From Vulcanimicrobiota bacterium (lineage in GTDB: Bacteria > Vulcanimicrobiota > Xenobia > Xenobiales > JADMJV01): 64,000 bases of DNA. The stretch covers positions 1-64,000 of the forward strand of contig JBFWNU010000004.1 in NCBI GenBank assembly GCA_050250895.1. The letters are read 5' to 3'. The notes under the pieces are model-generated. The model was given only the letters and a program-made list of their open reading frames with translations, was not told the DNA's origin and searched no databases. A program made the translations under genes and the position numbers. Each line of letters starts with the position of its first letter. Within the stretch, counting starts at the first letter, position 1. Positions 28,204 through 38,043 of this stretch are shown here, one piece after another.

Positions 28204-29900
28204 GACTGGTAGTCATGGCCCTGGTCGTAGCTCTGACCGCCTGTAAGCCACCGTCGGACGGTCCCCACGACTATCTGGACACCGCCCTGATCCTGCGTCC
28301 TCGCTGGAATGGCTCATCCGATCGCATCGCCTTTCTCCAGCTCGAGAACGGTCGGCGCCAGGCTTTGCTCAGCCGCCCGGACGGGGGGACCGAAGTGCTG
28401 GCCGGCGGGCCTGGCGAGCAGATCCGTTTTGTCACCTGGTGCCCTGGTGACCAGGGCCTGGCTCTGGGTCTGGTCCGCGCGGGCAATCGCAATCAGCAAC
28501 TGTATCTGGCCGATCTCGAAGGCGGCCCCCTCAAGCCCCTGGCCGTCAATCCCGACGCCTTTCACGAGCTCGGGACGTTTTCCCGGGACGGCACGCGCGC
28601 CACCATCTCCTCCAACGCCCGGCTGCCGGACCGCTACGACATCCAACTACAAGACATGTCCAGCCAACAGCGGCGAACCATCTTCCAGGGCGAGGGACGA
28701 TGCCTGGGGGTCCGCTTTGCAGGCAAAGACACCCTGCTCATCTCCGAGGACACCTCGCGCACGTCCGAGCTGCTGCATCTGCTCCATCTCGACACGGACA
28801 AGGTGCAAAGCCTGGGCACCCGCCAGGAGAGGCATCACTACCAGAAAGCCACTTTTCGCGGCCGGGACCTGATGGTGTTGACGGACCGAGGCGCCCAGCA
28901 GCGCTACCTGGGTCGGTGGGCCCTGGACACCGACCAGCTCGAACCGATGCTCGACCTGCCGGGCGAGGTCGTCGACTACGCCTGGGACCAGGACCGGGAT
29001 GAAGTGGTGTTGCAGCTCCAGAGCGAGGGCGCCCACCATCTCTATCTTCACGACCTTCGCGCCGGAAGGACTCGCCCACTCAAGGACCTTCCCGAGGGCT
29101 ACATCCGACATCTTCGCTATCTAGGGCCCCGCACGATCGGAATGCTCTATAGCCGTCCCGACCTCCCCCCCACCCTCATGCGCTGGGACCTCGCTCAGGG
29201 CTCCCCTACCCCGGTTTTGTCCGGCCAGGCCGCCAGCTTGCCTGTGGTCAGTCCACGTCGGGTCCACTTTCACAACCGAGAACTCGAACTTGGCGCCTGG
29301 CTGTATCAAGGCCACGACACCAGCCAGGGAGGGCTAATTTATCTGCGCCATGAGCCGTCCGAGCAGGCCTATCTTCACTTTGATCCGGTGGTGGAATGGT
29401 GGGCTAGCCGAGGCTTCGCCGTGCTGGTACCGGATGTCCGCGGCAGCTCTGGCCGAGGACGCGACTTCGAGGCTCTCGACGATGGGCCGGGGCGCCAGGG
29501 AGCGCTCGAGGATGTGGTGGCTGCGGCCGATTATCTCAAAAGCCAGGGGGTAGAGCGGGTGGCCCTGTTCGGACGAGAATACGGTGGCTACCTGGCCATC
29601 GGCGCCCTGGCTCGGTCGCCCCAAAGCTTTACGTCGGCGGTGGCCCTGGATGCGGATCTCGACCTGGACTGGCTGATCGAAGACGCCTATCCCTGGCAGC
29701 GCCGCGAATGGCGAGAGGAACTCGGCGACACGGCTGCTCTGTCACTGCTGCCCGAACTAGGCCCGGCCCGCCTCAAATGCTTGTTGCTGTATAGCCCGAG
29801 GCACAAGAGTCGCTACCGGCAACTGCCCGGGGCCCAGGAGTGCGCCGGACTAAGACCCGCTCTTACCCAGGCTCTGGCCTACCTGGAGGGCGCTCGATGA
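28194..29900 (+). CDS. S9 (prolyl oligopeptidase-like) beta-propeller + hydrolase-fold lipoprotein, probably inactive
   Basis: LTAC lipobox; PDVRGSSGRG; nucleophile elbow reads GREYGG instead of GxSYGG. Confidence 0.78.
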   Translation: MVVRLVVMALVVALTACKPPSDGPHDYLDTALILRPRWNGSSDRIAFLQLENGRRQALLSRPDGGTEVLAGGPGEQIRFVTWCPGDQGLALGLVRAGNRNQQLYLADLEGGPLKPLAVNPDAFHELGTFSRDGTRATISSNARLPDRYDIQLQDMSSQQRRTIFQGEGRCLGVRFAGKDTLLISEDTSRTSELLHLLHLDTDKVQSLGTRQERHHYQKATFRGRDLMVLTDRGAQQRYLGRWALDTDQLEPMLDLPGEVVDYAWDQDRDEVVLQLQSEGAHHLYLHDLRAGRTRPLKDLPEGYIRHLRYLGPRTIGMLYSRPDLPPTLMRWDLAQGSPTPVLSGQAASLPVVSPRRVHFHNRELELGAWLYQGHDTSQGGLIYLRHEPSEQAYLHFDPVVEWWASRGFAVLVPDVRGSSGRGRDFEALDDGPGRQGALEDVVAAADYLKSQGVERVALFGREYGGYLAIGALARSPQSFTSAVALDADLDLDWLIEDAYPWQRREWREELGDTAALSLLPELGPARLKCLLLYSPRHKSRYRQLPGAQECAGLRPALTQALAYLEGAR

Positions 29901-31567
29901 AACGGTTATGGTTGGTGCTGCTGCTGCTGGCGGGGTGCGCCCGCGAACCCCGCTTGCCCAGTCACCTCGAGGCCGATCCGCCGCGGCCGGAGGCGGTGGC
30001 CGAACTCGCCGGCCAACTGTTCGCCAACCTGACGACCGGCCAGTCACTGGTCAGCGGCGACGCTCGGGCCGAGCGCATCTTGCTTTTGAGTCTCAGCGAC
30101 GGTCGCCAATCCAAGCGCTATCAGGCCCGGGCCGAGAGTCTGTACGCAGCCGCCCAGACCCTGGCCGAACAGGCTCGGAGCGATGGCCTGCGCCCGCTCT
30201 GGCTGCGACTGGACGTAGTGGCCGATCTAGCCGATATTCCCGACGAGCCTCCCGCGCTCGAGCGCGGGCTGGCCGGCCTGGCTGCCGACGGAAGCCCGCC
30301 TCGGTTCTGGCTGCCGCTCGAGGTGCCTACCTCGGTGCTCTCCAACGACGGCGAACTCAATCTCGAGCGGCTGAAAAAGCTCGACCCGGATTGTGAGCGC
30401 TGGCTCAACTTCGGCACGGTGGCGGCCTTCAGCGACGCCCAGGGAAGCTTTCCGCTCTATCGCGGGCATGCGCTCGAGGCTCCGGCCCGAGGACCTGACG
30501 AACTGCTCGAGGCGGCCCGGCGCGGCGGTGATTATCTATTGCGAGGACTGAGTCCCGAGGGCCGCTTCGCCTACTGTTACCATCCCACCCGAGATCGTTT
30601 CAGCACCGACTACAACATGCTCCGCCACGCCGGAGCCGTCTATGCTTTGCTGGAACTCTATCAAGAGACCAGACAACCCGAGTACCTCGAGGGGGCGCGT
30701 CGGGGCCTCGAGTTCATGATGTATTCGGTGGAAGAGTCGAGAAAGTTCAACTCGACCCGGGTTTTGGTGGATGATGGTTCAGTCAAGCTCGGGGGCAACG
30801 CCCTGGCCATTCTGGCTCTGGCCCGGTATGTCGACGTCACCGGCGAACGCAGATGGCTCGCCGAGATGGAAGATCTGGCCGAATGGATGGTCCGAAACCA
30901 GAGCCCCGACGGCCGTTTTCGCGTGCACAAGGAGAATTATCCGGCCGGCGAAGACAGCGGGTTCCGCTCGGAGTATTACCCCGGTGAAGCCCTGGTGGCC
31001 CTGGTCAATCTCCATCGCCTCGACCCTGATGAACGCTGGTTGAAGGCGGCCCGTCGAGCAGCCCGCTACCAGATCCGTCGGGCTCGTCGCGAAAAACGCC
31101 CGCCGCATGACCACTGGTTGATGATCGGTCTGGAACAGCTCTATCGGATCGACCCGGACCCCAGCTATCGCGACTACGCTTTTGACCTCTCGGAGATGAT
31201 CATGACCAGCCAGAAAACGGCTCAGGCCCGCCCGGATTGGGACGGCGGCTTCTATACTCCGCCGCGCTCCACTCCCACCGACATCCGGCTCGAGGGTCTC
31301 AACGCCGCCTGGGCGTTGGCCGTGCAGGCCGGCGATGGAAAGCGAATAGAGCGTCTGAGAAGTTCGGTGGAGCGGGGCTTAGCCTTTAGCTCGCTTTGTG
31401 AGGTGACTCCTGAGAGAGCAGCGCTACTGGTCAGGCCAGACTATTGTCGGGGAGGGGTAATGCGAGGCCTGGCCGACCCCGAGATTCGCATCGACTACGT
31501 TCAGCACCACATATCGGCTTTGCTAGGAGCCTATCGGCTCACGAAACCAGCGCCAGCCAAACCGTGA
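29897..31567 (+). CDS. Lipoprotein with a six-hairpin glycosidase-like (alpha/alpha)6 domain
   Basis: LAGC lipobox; YNMLRHAG, KLGGNALAILAL, YYPGEA, HDHW, RIDYVQH; ATGA overlap. Confidence 0.7.
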   Translation: MKRLWLVLLLLAGCAREPRLPSHLEADPPRPEAVAELAGQLFANLTTGQSLVSGDARAERILLLSLSDGRQSKRYQARAESLYAAAQTLAEQARSDGLRPLWLRLDVVADLADIPDEPPALERGLAGLAADGSPPRFWLPLEVPTSVLSNDGELNLERLKKLDPDCERWLNFGTVAAFSDAQGSFPLYRGHALEAPARGPDELLEAARRGGDYLLRGLSPEGRFAYCYHPTRDRFSTDYNMLRHAGAVYALLELYQETRQPEYLEGARRGLEFMMYSVEESRKFNSTRVLVDDGSVKLGGNALAILALARYVDVTGERRWLAEMEDLAEWMVRNQSPDGRFRVHKENYPAGEDSGFRSEYYPGEALVALVNLHRLDPDERWLKAARRAARYQIRRARREKRPPHDHWLMIGLEQLYRIDPDPSYRDYAFDLSEMIMTSQKTAQARPDWDGGFYTPPRSTPTDIRLEGLNAAWALAVQAGDGKRIERLRSSVERGLAFSSLCEVTPERAALLVRPDYCRGGVMRGLADPEIRIDYVQHHISALLGAYRLTKPAPAKP

Positions 31568-32120
31568 AAACCAAGACCACGAAGCCCACTCCGTAGAGAA
31601 TGACCTTGGCCATAGAGCGGGCTTCAGCTAAGGACATCACGGTTGATTGGGCAGGTAGGGGCGCCGGGGGCTCGGGTGGCCCGACATCTTCGAGGTCCTG
31701 GTAACGGCTGACAAAGGCGCGAGCCAGACGCTCGGCCGCCTCGCGGGTCTTGTAATCGAAGGCGCCGGGCTTGCTGTGGTCGCAATAGATAAAGCCCAGG
31801 GCTCGACCGCGCACATCCAACAAAGGCACGCACAGAACGCAGGGGTGGGTTGCGCCATCGGGCTTGAATTTGGTGTCCTTCTGGACGTCGAGAGTAAACA
31901 CGGTGCGGCCGGTGCGCATGACGGTCCGCAGCACGTCCTGATTGACGGTGGCCTCGCCCCAGACGCTATCGTCGAGGCCATAGGTGGCCTGCCCGCCGGG
32001 TTGGGTCGTTGGCTTGGGCTCGAAGTTGACCGCCACCCGCTCGGCCTTGAAATCGACGGCCATAGCGCGCACGGCTGTTTTGACCAGCTTGGTAAGATCT
32101 TGAGCCTGCTCGACCTTCAC
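31539..32120 (-). CDS. GAF domain protein with a C-terminal TM anchor
   Basis: VLCVPL...LGFIYCD...F GAF core; hydrophobic C-terminus; GTG start inferred. Confidence 0.75.
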   Translation of the reverse strand: MKVEQAQDLTKLVKTAVRAMAVDFKAERVAVNFEPKPTTQPGGQATYGLDDSVWGEATVNQDVLRTVMRTGRTVFTLDVQKDTKFKPDGATHPCVLCVPLLDVRGRALGFIYCDHSKPGAFDYKTREAAERLARAFVSRYQDLEDVGPPEPPAPLPAQSTVMSLAEARSMAKVILYGVGFVVLVFTVWLALVS

Positions 32121-32196
32121 AAACTGGATGTTTTGCTCGCGAGGCAGACAGGTCCTGCCGCCAGGACCCATCTGGAATAGGGCGAAATCAGCCCGC

Positions 32197-32592
32197 ATGC
32201 GACGCCTCTTAGCGATTCTTCTCTGCACCCTGACGATGGCCGCCTGGGCCGCTCTGCCCCCGCTTTCAGACGACGATCGAAAAGACGTGGCCGACCACAT
32301 CCTGGTGGGTCAGGTTCACAACGTCTCGTCGAAAGAGGTCGAAATCCAAGACGGGACCAACTTCGTCTACGCTCTGAATTTTCGAGTTGACGCTCGTGAA
32401 AAAGGCAGCTTGCGCCCGGGTCTCACCCTGAGCATCTCATGCAAACAGACGGGCCAACGCCCTCAGGGCTGGGCGGGTCCGCAAGGCCAAAACGAGATCC
32501 CGCGCGAGGGTCAGAAAGTCAGAGTCTTTTTGCGCGAGACTCCCGAGGGCACCTTCAGCCTGCTCGAGCCCAATGGTTGGGAAGCCCTCTAG
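32197..32592 (+). CDS. Hypothetical secreted protein (OB/NTR-like)
   Basis: Signal peptide MRRLLAILLCTLTMAAWA; ADHILVGQV. Confidence 0.7.
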   Translation: MRRLLAILLCTLTMAAWAALPPLSDDDRKDVADHILVGQVHNVSSKEVEIQDGTNFVYALNFRVDAREKGSLRPGLTLSISCKQTGQRPQGWAGPQGQNEIPREGQKVRVFLRETPEGTFSLLEPNGWEAL

Positions 32593-33165
32593 TTGGGCTT
32601 CTTCGACTCCTTCCTGCGGCTGGTCTTCGGCCCCGGTTCGAGCCACGGCAAAACCACCAGGGACCCGCCCCTGTGTCCCAGCTGCAACCAGGCTCTGACC
32701 CCCAACTCCGAGGGAGTCTTCTGCTGCCCTGGGTGTCACGGGATGTGGCTACCTAACGAGTCCTTTCAAGCCTATTTGGCCAGCGAGCAGGTGACTCCCG
32801 AAATGGGCGGCGGGGGTAGCGCCGAGCATACCTACTCGCGCTCGGCCTCATCGCGCCACTGTCCGGCCTGTGAAGAGCGGATGGACAACTATGAATTTGC
32901 CTACCAATCGGGCATCTGGGTCGACGCTTGTCCGCAACGCCACGGAGTCTGGCTGGATGCGGGCGAATTGCTGATGGTGCGTGACTATCATCGTCGGACC
33001 ATCGGCCGGGAAGCGACCGGGGAAGAGAAAGCTCGCATGGCCATGGCTTTTCTGGACGGAGCAGTGGCGACTCGGTCAGGCCATCTCAAGAGCCTGCGCG
33101 AAATCCGCCAGCAGCAAGAGGCGTGCCGCGAATGGGCCTCAGACTACAACGATCATTTGGCCTGA
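32593..33165 (+). CDS. Double zinc-ribbon (zf-TFIIB-like) protein
   Basis: CPSC...CPGCHGMWL and CPAC...DACPQRHGVWLDAGEL. Confidence 0.8.
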   Translation: MGFFDSFLRLVFGPGSSHGKTTRDPPLCPSCNQALTPNSEGVFCCPGCHGMWLPNESFQAYLASEQVTPEMGGGGSAEHTYSRSASSRHCPACEERMDNYEFAYQSGIWVDACPQRHGVWLDAGELLMVRDYHRRTIGREATGEEKARMAMAFLDGAVATRSGHLKSLREIRQQQEACREWASDYNDHLA

Positions 33166-33332
33166 AAAAGAAAAGGGCTCGCGCAAGTTACCAAAGCGTT
33201 TTGCTTTCCCTAAAGTGTGTAAGCTTCAGCGGTCGGGGCGCGAGGCCATCCTTAGATTAGCCTGAGTGGCCTGCCCCCGTCGGTGAAAAATTCCCACAAG
33301 TGTTTGACCATCCCGGCGGCAATGGTCCCTTC

Positions 33333-34841
33333 GTGAAACTCCGAAAGAAGAAAACCGCCAAATCCACCGAGGCGACCCTGACTCGGGCCATCCGGTTGCA
33401 GGGTGAAGGCCGCCTCGAACAAGCCGAAGAGCTTTTTCACCGTGTGCTCGATTCTGAGCCGACCAGGGTCGAGGCCCTTCATCGCCTGGGGGTGCTCGCC
33501 TATCAGACCGGTCGCTCCGAGGCGGCCGTCAAACTGCTGCGTCGAGCACTGACCCAAAAGCCATGGGACGGACAGTTCCATCGCCATCTGGCGGTGGCGT
33601 TGGCCGTCGAAGGTCAGGGCCCCGAGGCGCTGCTGCACGCCCAGCAAGCCGTGTCGCTCGAGCCCGACTCGCTCGAGTCACTCTATAATCTGGGCAGCCT
33701 CCAACGTCTGCAGGGCCACTATCAAGAGGCCGCCGATACTCTGGATGAAGTGGTGGCCCGTCACCCAGGTCACTATCGAGCCCGCAACAACCTTGGCCTG
33801 GCTTTGGCCCAGGCCGGCCAGATCGAGCAGGCCGCCGCCGTCCTCGAAGAAACCTTGCAGCAAGCTCCCGCCATGGCCGAGGCCTATCACAACCTTGGAC
33901 TAGTTCGGCAAGCCCAGGGCAGGATAGAAGAAGCGGTGGCCCTCTATCAAGAATCGCTGCGCCTGGAACCGCTCAATCCGGGGGCCTTCTACAGCTGGGG
34001 CTGCGTCTTGCGCGACGCTGGCTTTGTCAACGAGGGCTGCGAGCTCTTCATCCAGAGCCTCAAGCTCGACCCCACCTTCTGGCGGGCGCGCTTGCAATTG
34101 GCCGAGGGGCTACTGAGGTTGGGACTGGTCGAACAGTCGATCACCCAAATCCGGGCCGTCCTCGAGCAGCAGCCCGACCAGACCGAGGCGGCTCATCTGC
34201 TGATGGTGGCCAGCGGCCAGACCCCCGAGCGAGCCGACAATCACTATGTGACCACTCTCTTCGACGAGTATGCCGAGACCTTCGACTACCATCTGGTCAA
34301 TCAGCTGGGCTATCAAGGCCCGGCCATGCTCTTTGACCTGCATCAGCGAGTGGCCCCCGGCAAAGGCCTGCGGGTCCTCGACGCGGGCTGCGGCACCGGC
34401 TTGTGCGGCAAGCTCTTTGCCGAGGTCGCGGACGCGCTGGTCGGGGTCGATCTCTCTCACAAGATGCTGGAGCGGGCCCTGGGGTTGCGCCTTTATCAGC
34501 AACTCCATCAGGCCGACTTACTCGAGTTTCTGGCCGAACATCCGGGCGCTTTCGACCGCATTGTGGCCGGCGATCTGCTCATCTATCTGGGCCGACCAGA
34601 GCCCTTTCTCGAAGCGTGCCATCAGGCGCTCGCTGCCGACGGCTGGGTGTTCTTCACCGCCGAGGTGGGTGAGCAGACCCTCGAGTTGCGCAAAACCGGT
34701 CGTTTTGCTCACTCGCCTCAGGCTCTAGCTACAGCCGCCCAGGCGGCCGGCTTTGTGGTGGAAGCCATCGAAATCGGTCCGCTACGGGTCGATTGTGGCC
34801 GACCACTCGAGGCGGTAGTGGTGGCTCTGCGCAAGGCCTAA
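33333..34841 (+). CDS. TPR-repeat + SAM methyltransferase protein
   Basis: Multiple TPRs (NLG...G); LFDEYAETFD...L.Y; LDAGCGTG; GVDLS; start uncertain. Confidence 0.9.
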   Translation: MKLRKKKTAKSTEATLTRAIRLQGEGRLEQAEELFHRVLDSEPTRVEALHRLGVLAYQTGRSEAAVKLLRRALTQKPWDGQFHRHLAVALAVEGQGPEALLHAQQAVSLEPDSLESLYNLGSLQRLQGHYQEAADTLDEVVARHPGHYRARNNLGLALAQAGQIEQAAAVLEETLQQAPAMAEAYHNLGLVRQAQGRIEEAVALYQESLRLEPLNPGAFYSWGCVLRDAGFVNEGCELFIQSLKLDPTFWRARLQLAEGLLRLGLVEQSITQIRAVLEQQPDQTEAAHLLMVASGQTPERADNHYVTTLFDEYAETFDYHLVNQLGYQGPAMLFDLHQRVAPGKGLRVLDAGCGTGLCGKLFAEVADALVGVDLSHKMLERALGLRLYQQLHQADLLEFLAEHPGAFDRIVAGDLLIYLGRPEPFLEACHQALAADGWVFFTAEVGEQTLELRKTGRFAHSPQALATAAQAAGFVVEAIEIGPLRVDCGRPLEAVVVALRKA

Positions 34842-35557
34842 CGGATCTCGACATGTACATTGTTGAAGTCGGGGTCCTCAAGGCTGCCCTGATGGTAGCA
34901 GTGCAATCCGAGAGGTAGCCCGGCTACCCGCACTTCTTGACCCTCGGCGATGATGCCGCCCAGGGCCCCGAACTCGATAAAGCGACGGAAGAGTCCGGCA
35001 TAAAGGCCCAACGTATTGGCCTCGAGCCCGCGCATGCTAAGATCGGGTCGACCGAACTTGCGCATTCCCCGGGTGTGTAACCAGACCCCGGCCTCGGCGG
35101 GCGAAGATAAGGTCACGACGTGGGTGGCCGGTCTTGGCTCGCCGGGGCGAAAAGCCTCTTCGACCCACTCCCCCGGCTCCCACCAGCGCAGAGCAAAGGG
35201 GTCATACAGAGCCACTCCCCCCTGGTCGAGTAGATAGGTGAGCAGGCCGATGGCGTCCCGAAAGTAGTCGAGCAGTTTCGGCTCTTCCGGTTGGCCCCGC
35301 AGCACCAGGCAACCGTTGGCCCGGCCCACCACCGAGGCGGCTCGCGGATTGGACTGCTCGAGTTGTTCCCAGAGGATCCCCTGGCGAAAAAAGTCCGGCT
35401 CTTGCTGGTCCAGCGTCAGGCCGGCGGGCAGGCCTGACGACCGGTAGCGACCGGCGGACAACGGGGCCATGCGAGCCGGAAAGTTGCCAAAGACCGCATA
35501 GAAGAGATAAGGCTCGCCTCCTCCTTCCTGATAGTGCGGTCGCAACCAGTGGCTCAC
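34838..35557 (-). CDS. Conserved hypothetical protein (DUF4261-like C-terminus)
   Basis: WLHTRGMRKFGRPDL, DPDFNN. Confidence 0.7.
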   Translation of the reverse strand: MSHWLRPHYQEGGGEPYLFYAVFGNFPARMAPLSAGRYRSSGLPAGLTLDQQEPDFFRQGILWEQLEQSNPRAASVVGRANGCLVLRGQPEEPKLLDYFRDAIGLLTYLLDQGGVALYDPFALRWWEPGEWVEEAFRPGEPRPATHVVTLSSPAEAGVWLHTRGMRKFGRPDLSMRGLEANTLGLYAGLFRRFIEFGALGGIIAEGQEVRVAGLPLGLHCYHQGSLEDPDFNNVHVEIR

Positions 35558-35619
35558 CGCCCGAATTTCCCCGAGCCGATTCTATATCCTGGCGGGCGTA
35601 AGGGTGCTATACTAGACCG

Positions 35620-37962
35620 ATGGTAGCTCTGGTCGCCCCGCTTCTCCATCGCCACCACCGGGAAGAGTGCCCTCCAAAGGCTTGGCGCCTAACCCTGCTT
35701 CTCGGCTACGCCCTGCCACTTCTGGCATTCGCCCTGGTCGACCGGTCGCGGCTCGAGTTTTTCGTCTATGTCAGCCTCGCTATGAGCCTGGTGGCGTTGA
35801 GCGTGCACTACGTTCAACAAGCCGTCGGTCTCTTGAGCGAGTTACGACGAGGCCGAGTGTTTGACGAGTTGCTCACCACCCGTACCAGCCTGCAAGAACT
35901 TAATTGGTCGCTGGCTCGCTACCAAACTCGCTCGAGCCTGCTTCGCTCGTTACCTTTTCTCTGCATCGCGCTACCGTTCGTTCATCCGCCCTGGGCTTTA
36001 CTTCTGGCCACTCTAACCAATGGAGCTTGTCTGGTCCTTTGCTACCTATTCGGTGGCCTGGCCCTGGCCCCGCGAAAGCCGGGTCAGAGCTTGCCGCCGG
36101 GGGTCTCCGCTCCCCACCCCCCTGACCTGGACCCACTGGTGTTTCGCGAACGATTACGGCAGGCCCGTCACAAGTGGTCCCTGTCCCGTTCGTTCTCGTT
36201 GCTAACGACGGCGGGGCTCGCGCTGACCGCCTGCTATGACCCTCGTGGCCTGACCGCGCTCTGGGCCTGGTCCCTATTACTGGGAGCGCTAACCACGCTC
36301 GATTCGGTCGCTGGCGAAATGCGAGCCGGAACGCTCTCTTCGCTGATTCAAACCGCAACCGACGAGAAGGAGTTCATCAACTCTTGGCTCCGCATCGCCA
36401 TGCGCGGTCGCCGCCTGGAGTTCGTGCTGGTCATGATCGTCCTGCCAGGACTTGGGGGTCTCCTCCATTTGCTGGCAGGGCTCTTCGGATCCCTGACCGG
36501 CATCTCACTCTCCGCCACCGGACGAAGTCGCGCCCAGTCGCTCGCCCGGATCACCACCATGATACTCAAGTTTGGGGCGGCAGCCTTAATGTTGTGGGGC
36601 GTCATTCAAATCCCTGGGGTGGACCTCGTCGTTCCCGACGACTGGCTGGTTAGCGTCGACGCCGCCCTCGCTCCCCTCCGGCCCTATTCATTTAGTCTGA
36701 GCCTGCTGGCTGCCCTGACCCTGGCCGGACCGCTGCTGTATCGTCGATGTCTGTGGACACTAGCATCCCTCTGGAGCGGCCACGTTCCTCGACAGGATGG
36801 TCAAGACATGGACGCCGCCACGTTGATGCGCCTGGGCGTCGCTCTTAACCTGCTCTGTCTGGCTCTGGCCGCGCCTCGACTGCTGGTGCGATTGAGCTTG
36901 CAGGAGATGCGTTTCCTCTGCTTTGAATTGGCGGGCCTGATCGCTCTCTGGGGTTTGGCCGGCTATCTACGTCCGCTGCTCAGAGGCGGCCTTGGGCGCT
37001 TGACCGCCGCCACCCTGGGCGGCACGAGTGGATGGCTGGCCACGCTTGCATGGCACCATCTCAGCTTTCTGCCCTACGGGCCACACCAGCCCCTCGGGGA
37101 CATCGACGGATTCGTCCTATGCCTGGCCGGTGCGGCCCTGGCGGTATTGTTGTCCGGGTTTGAAGCGCGGAAGTGCCACTCGCCCGGGGACGTGGCTCGC
37201 GGCTTCGCGCTCGCTGGCCTGGCTTTAATGGTGACCTCGGCTCAAGGCCTGATGTTGCTGCCCCGGTCAAACTTTGAGGCTCTAAAGGCCGAGCGCCAGA
37301 CCCATTGGCACCGCAACCACGCGCTGGAGCGTGAAATGCGGCGGCTGAGGGCGGAGCACACGGAGGTGCGAATCGTGTCTGATTTTTGTGGTGTTTACCA
37401 AGTGGACGAAAAAGCTGAGGCCCATCGCGAGTCGGCCGCCGCTCTACTGGGCGCGGCCTACCAAGATCGCGAAGCCCTCTTTGATGAACCCTATGTCGTC
37501 TGCGGCTGTGGCGTGCCGTTTCTGTCGCCGCATTGGGCTCAAATTCGTCGTCGAGGCAAGTCACTGGAGGAATGGGAGGGCTTCGAGCCTCGAGAACTTC
37601 TCTACCTACGCGATACCCTAGACCAGGAAGTCGACGCAACCAGCCTGCCGCGGTTGCGTCCCGATCTCGAAAACTTCAACCAGGCCGTGCTCACTTCGGT
37701 GCTCAGAGCCGTAGACAGCCTGGACGAACCGTATCCTCACACAGGGCCACCGATACTGAAGCGGGCCTGGTTCTATCCCCCGCAATATCGAAGATGGTTG
37801 GCCCGCGCATGGCTAGCCGACTACGTGACCCACCGCCCCTGCTATGAAGACCCCAGAGGCCAGGCCGTCCCGCCCATGCTGACCGCGACTTTGATGGAGC
37901 GCTGTCGAGAGGGCTACCAGGCCGAGTTGAGAAGCTTTGAGCAGCCAACCTCGCAGGAATGA
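35620..37962 (+). CDS. Polytopic membrane protein with ABC-2 permease-like repeats
   Basis: Many TM helices; ELRRGRVFDELLTT and EMRAGTLSSLIQT motifs. Confidence 0.6.
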   Translation: MVALVAPLLHRHHREECPPKAWRLTLLLGYALPLLAFALVDRSRLEFFVYVSLAMSLVALSVHYVQQAVGLLSELRRGRVFDELLTTRTSLQELNWSLARYQTRSSLLRSLPFLCIALPFVHPPWALLLATLTNGACLVLCYLFGGLALAPRKPGQSLPPGVSAPHPPDLDPLVFRERLRQARHKWSLSRSFSLLTTAGLALTACYDPRGLTALWAWSLLLGALTTLDSVAGEMRAGTLSSLIQTATDEKEFINSWLRIAMRGRRLEFVLVMIVLPGLGGLLHLLAGLFGSLTGISLSATGRSRAQSLARITTMILKFGAAALMLWGVIQIPGVDLVVPDDWLVSVDAALAPLRPYSFSLSLLAALTLAGPLLYRRCLWTLASLWSGHVPRQDGQDMDAATLMRLGVALNLLCLALAAPRLLVRLSLQEMRFLCFELAGLIALWGLAGYLRPLLRGGLGRLTAATLGGTSGWLATLAWHHLSFLPYGPHQPLGDIDGFVLCLAGAALAVLLSGFEARKCHSPGDVARGFALAGLALMVTSAQGLMLLPRSNFEALKAERQTHWHRNHALEREMRRLRAEHTEVRIVSDFCGVYQVDEKAEAHRESAAALLGAAYQDREALFDEPYVVCGCGVPFLSPHWAQIRRRGKSLEEWEGFEPRELLYLRDTLDQEVDATSLPRLRPDLENFNQAVLTSVLRAVDSLDEPYPHTGPPILKRAWFYPPQYRRWLARAWLADYVTHRPCYEDPRGQAVPPMLTATLMERCREGYQAELRSFEQPTSQE

Positions 37963-38043
37963 GATTCCACCGCTGGAGCCTTTCAGATTTGTTTTAGGCT
38001 CCTTGGGCTAGACTCTCTCAACAATTCTTGTTGGAGGCTAAGC

